Shown: piece after piece, positions 46,886-55,437 of the stretch
Layout: each line of letters opens with the position of its first letter
Position numbering within the stretch: position 1 is the first letter of the stretch
Origin: an uncultured Alphaproteobacteria bacterium
Lineage (GTDB): Bacteria > Pseudomonadota > Alphaproteobacteria > HIMB59 > GCA-002718135
Assembly: GCA_902572735.1 (NCBI GenBank)
Contig: CACGGX010000005.1
Span: forward strand, 10,136-74,135
Reading direction: 5' to 3'
DNA: 64,000 bases
The notes under the pieces: generated by a model
The model's database searches: none
What the model saw: only the letters and a program-made list of their open reading frames with translations
Told to the model about the DNA's origin: nothing
Made by a program: the position numbers and the translations under genes

Positions 46886-49048
46886 ATGGACCTAAATAAG
46901 ACTTTTGAAGATAAAGTATACGCAGGTGTATTAGGAAAAATCATTGGCGTTTACTTAGGCCGTCCTTTTGAAGGTTGGTATTACGACCGAATAATGAAAG
47001 AACTTGGTCCAATTAATTATTATGTAAATGATAAATTAGATTTTCCCATTCATGTAACAGATGATGATTTAACAGGAACATTTAGATTTATTAATGCTTT
47101 GAAGCATTTTAATTTTGATAAAAATATTACCGCAAAACAAATTGGTCAAACCTGGTTAAATTATTGTTTGGAAAATCAGACTGTGCTTGCATGGGCTGGA
47201 AAAGGTATCTTAACTGAAGAAAGTGCTTTCATGAATTTGAAACAAGGTATTCATGCTCCTGAAAGTGGTTCTATTAAAATGAATGGAAAAGTAATTGCTG
47301 AGCAAATAGGTGCTCAAATATTTATTGATGGATGGGGAATGGTCTCGCCAGGAGATCCCGAGCAAGCAGTTGAATTAGCAAAAAAAGCTGGCAGTGTAAG
47401 TCATGATGGTGAATCTGTTTACGGTGCTCAAGTGGTAGCTGCAATGGAAGCATATTCTTTTATTGAAAATGATATTAAAAAAATAATTGAAAACAGTAAA
47501 AAGTTTGTTCCTTCTGACTCGACAATTTACAAACTTATTTCTGATATTCAAGATTGGAGTTCAGGTAATTTAGACTGGGAGCAAGCAAGAACTAAAATTG
47601 AAGATAAATATGGTTATGCAAAATTTCCAGGTAATTGTCATATCGTTCCTAATCATGCTTTAATTATTCTCGCACTACTTTTTGGTGATGATAATTTTCA
47701 AAAATCTTTAATGATTGTAAATACTGCTGGCTGGGATACTGATTGTAACTCGGGTAATGTTGGATGTATTTTAGGAATCAAAAATGGCCTAGAAGGTATT
47801 AAAGATGGTCCAGACTATATTACGCCTGTTAACGATATAATATATTTACCTACCGCATATGGCTCGGAAACAATGACCGATGCCTTAATAGAAAGTCAGA
47901 ATATTATTAATATTACGAGAAGAATGAATGGGCTAGAAAGTAAGTCTATAAAAAATAACGCAAGATATAATTTTGAGATGGAAACATCGACACAAGGTTG
48001 GATGGTAGATAAATCAAATGATAATAATTTAAACACTAAAATTTCAAATGTTGATTATAAATCTAATATTGGACAGAGAGCTCTAGAGATAAATTTTACT
48101 GACTTATCTTTTGGTTTATCAAGTGAAATTTATGTAGAAAGTTTTTTTCCTGAATGGTTTACAAGGTTAGAAGGTTATCAATTCCAAAGATACTTTCATT
48201 ATGATTATGTAGCTTGCCCAACCGTATATAGTGGACAAAAAATTAAGACAGAATTGATCTCAGATACTGATAAAGATTTAAAAATTAATTTATTTATCAA
48301 ATATTGGGGTGCCGATGATAAGCTCATTAAAGTATCATCTGATGATTTTAATATTAAGAATAAAGAAAGTAAAATTATAGAATGGATTGTACCTGATACT
48401 TTATCAAATCCAATTGGCCAGATTGGTATTAGTATTAACTCAGATAATAATAATAATGGCAAAATTCTAATGAATTATTTAGATATTTCTGGAACACCTA
48501 AAATGACATTCAAAAGACCTGATCACATAGATGAATATACAAGAGGTATTTTTTATAAAGAACAGCCTTACGGTCAATTATGGAAAAGGGCTTGGGTGAA
48601 TGATGTAGATAAATGGCAGTTTAGATGGCAAGAAGCTTTTAAAATTGTAAGAGGTATTGGAAGGGGCCACATTATGACTGGAAGTGAGATATGGAAAGAT
48701 TATACAATCTCATCAAAGATATCCATTCCACTGGCATCTGCTGCTGGTCTGATACTAAGATCTCAAGGTTTAAAAAGATATTATTCTCTTGAGCTCACTT
48801 CTGACAAAAAGTTAAAAATAAATAAAATGGAGTATGAATTAAAAACTCTAAAAGAAATAGATTTTGATTTAGAATTTTTTAAAGATTACAATTTAAAATT
48901 CAAAGTTAAAGGCAATCATTTACAAGGTTTTGTCGATGATAAATTAATGATTGAGGTTGAAGATAATGAAAATTCATTTGAACAAGGGATGATTGGTTTC
49001 ATAACTGAAAATGGAGCTATTCAGAGTGAATCAATTTCAATAGAATAA
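46886..49048 (+). CDS. ADP-ribosylglycohydrolase (ARH)-fold protein fused to CBM-like and ConA/LamG-like domains (paralog A)
   Basis: The N-terminal ~340 aa carry GVLGKIIGVYLGRPFE, VTDDDLTGT and NTAGWDTDCNSGNVGCILG (the ARH di-metal motifs). The C-terminal ~380 aa are beta-rich. No signal peptide. Confidence 0.75.
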   Translation: MDLNKTFEDKVYAGVLGKIIGVYLGRPFEGWYYDRIMKELGPINYYVNDKLDFPIHVTDDDLTGTFRFINALKHFNFDKNITAKQIGQTWLNYCLENQTVLAWAGKGILTEESAFMNLKQGIHAPESGSIKMNGKVIAEQIGAQIFIDGWGMVSPGDPEQAVELAKKAGSVSHDGESVYGAQVVAAMEAYSFIENDIKKIIENSKKFVPSDSTIYKLISDIQDWSSGNLDWEQARTKIEDKYGYAKFPGNCHIVPNHALIILALLFGDDNFQKSLMIVNTAGWDTDCNSGNVGCILGIKNGLEGIKDGPDYITPVNDIIYLPTAYGSETMTDALIESQNIINITRRMNGLESKSIKNNARYNFEMETSTQGWMVDKSNDNNLNTKISNVDYKSNIGQRALEINFTDLSFGLSSEIYVESFFPEWFTRLEGYQFQRYFHYDYVACPTVYSGQKIKTELISDTDKDLKINLFIKYWGADDKLIKVSSDDFNIKNKESKIIEWIVPDTLSNPIGQIGISINSDNNNNGKILMNYLDISGTPKMTFKRPDHIDEYTRGIFYKEQPYGQLWKRAWVNDVDKWQFRWQEAFKIVRGIGRGHIMTGSEIWKDYTISSKISIPLASAAGLILRSQGLKRYYSLELTSDKKLKINKMEYELKTLKEIDFDLEFFKDYNLKFKVKGNHLQGFVDDKLMIEVEDNENSFEQGMIGFITENGAIQSESISIE

Positions 49049-49073
49049 ATTTTAATTTAAAAAAGGATGGGTT

Positions 49074-51233
49074 ATGAAACTAGATAAGACTTATGAAGAA
49101 AAAGTATACGCTGGAGTGCTCGGTAAATTAATTGGTGTGTATTTAGGCCGTCCTTTTGAGCAGTGGTCACATGAAAGGATTATGGAAGAGCTAGGTGAAA
49201 TTAATTACTATGTTAATGAGCAATTAAATGTCCCATTAGTTGTAACAGACGATGATATAACTGGAACATTTACATTTCTCCGTGCTCTAAGAGAAAATAA
49301 TTATGACCCTAATATAAGTCCAAAACAAATTGGTCAGTCTTGGCTTAATAATTTAATTGAGAACAAAACAGTTTTATGGTGGGGAGGAAGAGGTCATTCA
49401 GCTGAAGATACTGCATATCAAAATTTAAAAGCTGGAATAGAAGCTCCTATGAGTGGATCAATAGAAACAAATGGTAAAGTAGTTGCGGAACAAATAGGTG
49501 CGCAAATATTTATTGACGGTTGGGCTTTAGTCACTCCTGGTGATCCAGAAAAAGCAGCAGATCTTGCAAGAAGAGCAGGAAGTGTCAGTCATGACGGGGA
49601 AGCAATCTATGGTGCTCAGATGGTTGCAGCTATGGAGTCACTAGCATTTGTTGAGACTGATATTAACAAAATTATTGATGAGTCAAAAAAATATATCCCA
49701 AATAGTTCTCTTATTTATAAACTGATTGGTGAACTTCAAAATATGAGAGCTGGGAATAATGATTGGATGCAGGCAAGAGAGTTTCAAGCTGAAACATATG
49801 GATATGACAAATATCTTGGTGGATGTCATATGATACCTAACCATGCAATAATTATACTGTCACTATTATTTGGTGATGATGATCTTCAAAAAACTCTTAT
49901 GATAGTAAATACCGCTGGTCATGACACTGATTGTAATTCTGGTAACGTTGGTTGCATTATGGGCATTAAAAATGGTCTTGAAGGCTTAATGAATGGTCCA
50001 GATTATTTAACACCTATACAAGATAGAATGTATTGTCCGACTGCTAACGGAGGTGAAACACAAACTGATGCCTTAACAGAAGCTTATAAGGTTATTAATA
50101 CTGCTAAAAAAATGAATAAAGAAGAAACTGTTGAGCCTAAAAATGGTTCAAGATTTCATTTTGAAATGCCTGGTTCTGTTCAAGGTTGGAGATCAAGTTT
50201 TAAAAATAACAAAAATATTTCAACTATTGTCCAAAATACTGAGTATGAGAGTAGTATAGGAAAAAGAGCATTAGAAATTAAATTTGACAGAGTCGCGCCT
50301 GGTGTTTGTTCTGAGGCTGTTGTTGATACTTTTTTTCCTCAGGAATTGTATGAGTTAACAGGGTCTGCAAGAGAAAGATTTTTTCAAAGTTATAACTTTA
50401 TTTCCTGTCCACTTTTATATTCAGGACAAAATATAGAAAGTGAAATCATTTTTAAGTCGAATTCTCAAAAACCAATTACGGTTACATGTTTTATCAATGT
50501 TTTTGGAGAAGAGGATAATTATGAAAGAATAAATTCTGAAAGTGTTGTGCTTTTTCCTGATAAATCACAAAAACTTAAATGGAAAATTCCTTCAACAGAA
50601 GGCAATCCTATTACACAAGTTGGTTTTTCTATAGAATCAGATGAAGCAAATTCTGGAAGTTTAATTTTAAATTATTTAACTTTCACTGGTGAGCCAAATT
50701 GTAAATTTTCTAAACCTAACCATATTGGAAAACATAAAAGGGGTGTTAAATTTTCAAATGCTAAAATGTGGAAAGCTAGTTGGGTCGATGCTCTAGATAA
50801 ATGGGATAGTGGAGAGAGAACTTTTAGAGTCTGTAAAGATAGTGGTAGAGGAATGTTAATTACAGGAACTGATTTATGGAAAAACTATAAAGTTACTTCC
50901 GATATTGCAATTCAGCGAGTAAAAACAGGCGGTCTTGCTGTGAGAGTGCAAGGATTAAATAGATATTATGGTTTAGTGATTAGTGCATCAAATAAACTTC
51001 AATTAATAAAAGTAATTAATGAGCCAAAAGTGTTAAAAGAAATAGATTTTGATCTTGAATATTATAAAGATTACAAATTATCTCTTAAAGTCGAGGATAA
51101 TAAATTGTCTGGTTATCTTGATAACAAAGTTGTTTTAGAGTTCACTGATAATTCTGATGTGCTTGAAAATGGAGCTATGGGATTAATTGTTGAAGATGGA
51201 ACTATGGTGACTGATGAAGTCATTGTAGAATAA
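49074..51233 (+). CDS. ADP-ribosylglycohydrolase (ARH)-fold protein fused to CBM-like and ConA/LamG-like domains (paralog B)
   Basis: Collinear with paralog A: 46 of the first 64 residues are identical by hand count. Same motifs: VTDDDITGT and NTAGHDTDCNSGNVGCIMG. Confidence 0.75.
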   Translation: MKLDKTYEEKVYAGVLGKLIGVYLGRPFEQWSHERIMEELGEINYYVNEQLNVPLVVTDDDITGTFTFLRALRENNYDPNISPKQIGQSWLNNLIENKTVLWWGGRGHSAEDTAYQNLKAGIEAPMSGSIETNGKVVAEQIGAQIFIDGWALVTPGDPEKAADLARRAGSVSHDGEAIYGAQMVAAMESLAFVETDINKIIDESKKYIPNSSLIYKLIGELQNMRAGNNDWMQAREFQAETYGYDKYLGGCHMIPNHAIIILSLLFGDDDLQKTLMIVNTAGHDTDCNSGNVGCIMGIKNGLEGLMNGPDYLTPIQDRMYCPTANGGETQTDALTEAYKVINTAKKMNKEETVEPKNGSRFHFEMPGSVQGWRSSFKNNKNISTIVQNTEYESSIGKRALEIKFDRVAPGVCSEAVVDTFFPQELYELTGSARERFFQSYNFISCPLLYSGQNIESEIIFKSNSQKPITVTCFINVFGEEDNYERINSESVVLFPDKSQKLKWKIPSTEGNPITQVGFSIESDEANSGSLILNYLTFTGEPNCKFSKPNHIGKHKRGVKFSNAKMWKASWVDALDKWDSGERTFRVCKDSGRGMLITGTDLWKNYKVTSDIAIQRVKTGGLAVRVQGLNRYYGLVISASNKLQLIKVINEPKVLKEIDFDLEYYKDYKLSLKVEDNKLSGYLDNKVVLEFTDNSDVLENGAMGLIVEDGTMVTDEVIVE

Positions 51234-51236
51234 GTT

Positions 51237-52220
51237 ATGAAATATAGAAAATTTGGCTCACTGGATTGGAATGTTTCCGAAGTTGGTTTAGGTTGTTGGC
51301 AAATAGGAGCTGATTGGGGGAATGTAACTGAAGACAGTGCTCAAGAAATTTTAAAATCATCGTATGAAAATGGTGTAAACTTCTTCGATACAGCTGATGT
51401 CTACGGAATGGGTAGAAGTGAAAAATTTGTAGGCGATTTCCTTAAATCAGTATCTGATAGAATTTATGTAGCAACAAAAGCAGGAAGACAAATAAATCCC
51501 CATGTTGCTGAGGGATACTATGATAAAGCTTTAATGGAGTCTTACGTAGATCAATCTTTATTAAACCTTAATGTGGAAACGATTGATCTTTTACAAATGC
51601 ATTGTCCTCCAACAGAAGTGTATTCATCTAACAACACATTTGAAATGTTAGATTATTTAGTGAGTAAAGGTAAAATTCAAAATTATGGTTTTAGTGTTCA
51701 AACAGTTGACGAGGCTCTTGAATGCATCAAACGACCAAATACAAAATCTATTCAGGTTATTTTCAATATTTTCAGACAAAAACCTGCTGAAAAATTATTT
51801 AAAATTGCAAAAGAAAAAAAAGTTGCAATTATTGTTAGAGTACCCCTTGCAAGTGGATTATTAACTGGAAAGTTTAATAAAGATTCATCATTTGCTCCTG
51901 ATGATCATCGTAATTACAATATTAATGGAGATGCGTTTGATGTAGGTGAAACATTTTCAGGCGTAAATTTTAATAAGGCATTAGAAGCTGTTGATGAATT
52001 AAAAAATATATTACCAGAAGGTATTACGTTATCACAGTTATCACTTAAATGGATTCTAATGCATGATGCTGTTAGTATTGTCATTCCTGGTGCTAAAAAT
52101 AAAGATCATGTAGGTCTGAATACTTCTTCTTCAGAATTAGATACTATTTCTTCTTTAATGAATGAAATAAATAGTGTTTACACAAAATATTTTTTTGATG
52201 ATGTTCATCATCGTTGGTAA
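51237..52220 (+). CDS. Aldo/keto reductase
   Basis: GLGCWQIG..WG, FFDTADVYG (catalytic Asp/Tyr region), LLQMHCP, and the C-terminal VIPGAKN. Confidence 0.9.
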   Translation: MKYRKFGSLDWNVSEVGLGCWQIGADWGNVTEDSAQEILKSSYENGVNFFDTADVYGMGRSEKFVGDFLKSVSDRIYVATKAGRQINPHVAEGYYDKALMESYVDQSLLNLNVETIDLLQMHCPPTEVYSSNNTFEMLDYLVSKGKIQNYGFSVQTVDEALECIKRPNTKSIQVIFNIFRQKPAEKLFKIAKEKKVAIIVRVPLASGLLTGKFNKDSSFAPDDHRNYNINGDAFDVGETFSGVNFNKALEAVDELKNILPEGITLSQLSLKWILMHDAVSIVIPGAKNKDHVGLNTSSSELDTISSLMNEINSVYTKYFFDDVHHRW

Positions 52221-53374
52221 AAATATTTGTGTCAGAGGAAATTAAAATATTTAGAAGGGCAACGCTTGCTTCAGTAATCACTTCAACTTATCCCATGATA
52301 GTTGTTGGCTGTTATTTTGGTGTTACGCCTTGGATTTTTAATAGATTATCCATAGATGAATCTGATTTCAGTTTTGCGATACTGCTTTTTGGTATCTTCT
52401 TTATTATCTCTAATCAGATAGCAGGTCGTATACTTGTACCAAAGTATGGAACAAAATTAATTATGTCTCTAGCTTTTCCATTGGTTACCTTTTCTACCTT
52501 TTTAGCTATTATTTCTTCTTCATATTTTTATTTTTTATTAACATTTATACCAGCTGGAATTGGATGGGGAGCATCTGGACCAATAGGAGGAATACATAGT
52601 CAATTAATTGAAAAACATTTTAAAAAAATTATTACACCTTACTATGCTATGGGTTTCAATTTAGGTATTTTAGTTGGCGGTTCATTAGCAGGTATAATTA
52701 TGAGAAATAATTATGAGCCTTATTTATTTTTTGGAATTTTATCTTTTCTATCACTATTTGTTTCTATTTTTGTATATTTGTTCGGATTACCTCGAAATTT
52801 AGATTTTAGAGGTGAAGGAGAAAAATTCAAAATTCCAGAGACTAATGTTCTTTTATTTGGATTTTTATTATTTTTTGTGTTCGGTTCAGGTGGAATAATT
52901 ATGGATTGGTCAACATTATGGTTATCAAAAGATTTAAATGCTCCTCTTTACTTAGCTAGTATGGGATTAATATTTTTCAGTATTGGAGGTATTTTTGCTA
53001 ATCTATTTTCAAATTCTTTGATTAAATTATTTACAGAAAAAGTTGTTGGTTGCCATTTTGTAATGATTGGAGCATCAATAATGTTTTTATCCTTATTAAC
53101 TAATAATTTTTATATTATTCTTGCAGTTCTAAGTCTTTATGGATTTGCCATAGCTAATTTAGTTCCAATTGTGATTAGACAAGCAGTCAAACAGTCCTCA
53201 GAGAGTATTCCTATGACAGTTACCAATCTTATTACAATTGGATTATCCTCAACAATGATTATGCCAGCAGCAATTGGCTTTTTAGCTGAAACCTTTTCGC
53301 TTACTTTAAATATGTATTTATTGTGTATTATAGTCTTTACTTCTGGGGTTGTTTTTTTACTAAAGTTTAAATAA
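52214..53374 (+). CDS. MFS-type transporter (12 TM); start uncertain (TTG at 52214 or GTG at 52229)
   Basis: About 12 hydrophobic segments in two halves separated by a charged loop (PRNLDFRGEGEKFK). Confidence 0.7.
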   Translation: MVKIFVSEEIKIFRRATLASVITSTYPMIVVGCYFGVTPWIFNRLSIDESDFSFAILLFGIFFIISNQIAGRILVPKYGTKLIMSLAFPLVTFSTFLAIISSSYFYFLLTFIPAGIGWGASGPIGGIHSQLIEKHFKKIITPYYAMGFNLGILVGGSLAGIIMRNNYEPYLFFGILSFLSLFVSIFVYLFGLPRNLDFRGEGEKFKIPETNVLLFGFLLFFVFGSGGIIMDWSTLWLSKDLNAPLYLASMGLIFFSIGGIFANLFSNSLIKLFTEKVVGCHFVMIGASIMFLSLLTNNFYIILAVLSLYGFAIANLVPIVIRQAVKQSSESIPMTVTNLITIGLSSTMIMPAAIGFLAETFSLTLNMYLLCIIVFTSGVVFLLKFK

Positions 53375-53380
53375 ATTTAA

Positions 53381-54187
53381 ATGAATAAATTAAAAATATC
53401 TCAAGTTCAATTCCAAGCAAGTCACGTCCCAGCTTTAAATGCAAAAATTATTGAAAAAAGTTTTAATAATACATTAAAATTTAAACCTCACTTAATTTGC
53501 ACACCAGAATGCTCGAACATCATTACTAATGATAAAAGTTATTTAATTTTTAACGCACCATACCAAAATACATGCCCAGTTTTGAAGATGGCAAAAGATT
53601 TTGCTAAGAAAAATAAAGTAAATATAAATCTAGGTTCTTTACTTTTAAGAATTAAAAACAAAAGTAAATTGGTTAATAGATCTTTTTTTATAAACAATTA
53701 TGGAGTCATAAAAAAAACATATGATAAGATACATATGTTTGATGTTGAAATTAATAACAAAGAAAAACATCAGGAATCATCTTTGTTCAAAGCTGGTAAT
53801 AAAATAATTTTTACAAAAATTAATAATATTAAATTAGGAATGACAATTTGTTATGATTTACGATTTCCTAATTTATATAGGCAACTTGCTAAAAAAGATT
53901 GTTCAATTATTTTAGTTCCTGCTGCTTTTACTAGACCAACTGGGAAAGATCATTGGGAGGTTTTGAATAGATCAAGAGCTATAGAGAATAATTTATTTAT
54001 TGTGGCAACAGGTATGTGTGGAAATCATCATATGAAAAGAAAGACTTATGGGCATTCTCTTTTGGTAGATCCTTGGGGTAAAATTATAAATAGCACTAAA
54101 AATAAACCTGCAGTCATTAACTCAACTATTAATATTTCTGATGTAAATAAAATAAGAAAAAAAATTCCTTCTTTAAAATATGAGTAA
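53381..54187 (+). CDS. Carbon-nitrogen hydrolase (nitrilase superfamily, Nit/omega-amidase-like)
   Basis: Glu-Lys-Cys triad contexts are present: TPECSN, YDKIHMFD and MTICYDLRFP. Confidence 0.8.
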   Translation: MNKLKISQVQFQASHVPALNAKIIEKSFNNTLKFKPHLICTPECSNIITNDKSYLIFNAPYQNTCPVLKMAKDFAKKNKVNINLGSLLLRIKNKSKLVNRSFFINNYGVIKKTYDKIHMFDVEINNKEKHQESSLFKAGNKIIFTKINNIKLGMTICYDLRFPNLYRQLAKKDCSIILVPAAFTRPTGKDHWEVLNRSRAIENNLFIVATGMCGNHHMKRKTYGHSLLVDPWGKIINSTKNKPAVINSTINISDVNKIRKKIPSLKYE

Positions 54188-54803
54188 TTTTAAATCACTA
54201 GTTTCTGGCGTTGGCAATTTGAGTAAAACAACAAAATATTATGATGATTGGTCAGAAAATTATGATGCAACACTCAAGTTATGGAATTATCAAGCACCTA
54301 AAAAGAGCATTAAATTTTTAAAAGAAACGATTAATATCAAACCAAAAAATATCTTAGACTTAGCATGTGGAACTGGTTTATTTGGTGCTGAATTAAAAAA
54401 AGTTTATCCAAAAAGTCATATTTATGGTTCAGATATTTCAAAAAAAAGCCTGAAAATTTCATCAGGAAAAAAAATTTATAAAAAATTACAAATAAAAAAT
54501 TTTGAACAATTACATCATTATAAAATAAAATTTGATCTCATTTCCCTGATTGGCTCCATGACGTATTGCAAAAACTTTGACAAATTTTTTGCTAATATTA
54601 ATAAAAATATTAAAGAAAAAGGCTTTGTACTATTTACCCATAGAATAGATTTATGGGAGAAACAGGATTTTTTAAGTATTTTAAAAAAACATCAAAAGTC
54701 ATTAAAAATCAATAAAATTTCTAGACCATTAAATTATCTACCTTTGAACAATGATTTCAAAAATAAAATAAAAATAAAAATTGTTTTATTACAAAAATAT
54801 TAA
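54180..54803 (+). CDS. Class I SAM-dependent methyltransferase
   Basis: Motif I ILDLACGTGLFG. Overlaps the preceding gene by 8 nt. Confidence 0.75.
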   Translation: MSNFKSLVSGVGNLSKTTKYYDDWSENYDATLKLWNYQAPKKSIKFLKETINIKPKNILDLACGTGLFGAELKKVYPKSHIYGSDISKKSLKISSGKKIYKKLQIKNFEQLHHYKIKFDLISLIGSMTYCKNFDKFFANINKNIKEKGFVLFTHRIDLWEKQDFLSILKKHQKSLKINKISRPLNYLPLNNDFKNKIKIKIVLLQKY

Positions 54804-54894
54804 AATTTAGGCTTTTTAATTAAAAAATTTGAGCCAAAACCGAGAATCGGGTATTTATATCTTAGGTTTATTTTCTATCCATAAACCAACGATG

Positions 54895-54930
54895 AAAAGA
54901 AGGGATATTCGCCGTGTCCCTTCTTTTTTT
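54895..54930. terminator. Bidirectional rho-independent terminator
   Basis: aaaagaaggga-(11 nt loop)-tcccttctttt followed by further T residues. The A-run on the left and T-run on the right fit the convergent methyltransferase and mntR genes. Confidence 0.7.
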
Positions 54931-54967
54931 ATACACTAGATAAAATTGATTTGGCAATAAATTAAAT

Positions 54968-55384
54968 TTATTTTTTCGAGTTAAAATTATCCATTTTTCG
55001 AAGTGTCTTTTCACTAACATGATGCTCTATTCCTTCAGCATCTTCTGAAGCTGTATTCTTGTCTAAACCAAGATTTAGTAAAAAATTGAATACAATATTA
55101 TGCCTTTTTTTTGACTCACTTGCTATTTTTTGACCTTTAAAAGTTAAAAAAATTGATCGATAGGGTTCTCTTTTAATGAAACCCTGTGTTTGTAATCTTT
55201 GTATTGTTTTATTGGCTGTGGCTTGTGCAATACCCAAGCTTTCAGCAATATCAACAATACGAGCTTCACCTTTGGAATTTAAAAGTTCTGCAATTAGTTC
55301 TAAATAATCTTCAGTATTTTCTGTTTTATGAGCATTTCGGACTTTGCTGAAAGACATCCTTTTTTTTAGCATAAAAATCAACAA
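54968..55384 (-). CDS. mntR: DtxR-family manganese-responsive repressor MntR; start uncertain (alternative internal Met codons)
   Basis: EDYLELIAEL....GEARIVDIAESLGIAQATANKTIQRL...G.I...PYR.IFLT.KG.KIA.ES.KRH.IV.NFL..LG........DAEGIEHHVS..TL is collinear with E. coli MntR. Confidence 0.85.
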   Translation of the reverse strand: MLIFMLKKRMSFSKVRNAHKTENTEDYLELIAELLNSKGEARIVDIAESLGIAQATANKTIQRLQTQGFIKREPYRSIFLTFKGQKIASESKKRHNIVFNFLLNLGLDKNTASEDAEGIEHHVSEKTLRKMDNFNSKK

Positions 55385-55400
55385 AAATTAACAGAAAATG

Positions 55401-55430
55401 TAGCCATAGCTATATTTATTAGCTATATAT
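55401..55430. promoter_or_regulatory. Candidate MntR operator in the divergent mntR / Mn-transporter spacer
   Basis: gtagccATAGCTATatttatTAGCTATAtata. TAGCTATA occurs twice, 13 nt apart, and ATAGCTAT is palindromic. Confidence 0.4.
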
Positions 55431-55437
55431 ACATTCA

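Noticed and set aside
54839-54849. An 11-nt exact match (accgagaatcg) to the T-arm region of tRNA-Thr (37490..37500). I considered it as a possible att-type direct repeat bounding a 17-kb island that would include the ARH locus.
   Set aside because: The match is only 11 nt, it does not extend to the tRNA 3' end as integrase att repeats usually do, and no integrase or mobility gene lies in between. Here it simply forms a small hairpin (ccga-gaa-tcgg).
54810-54892. A series of small hairpins (ggct...agcc, ccga-gaa-tcgg, ggtttat-tttctatcc-ataaacc) precedes the terminator. I considered them as a riboswitch or sRNA, for example a Mn-sensing element.
   Set aside because: The region lies downstream of two convergent genes rather than in a 5' leader. 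I recognise no known riboswitch consensus, and the stems are short and AT-rich.
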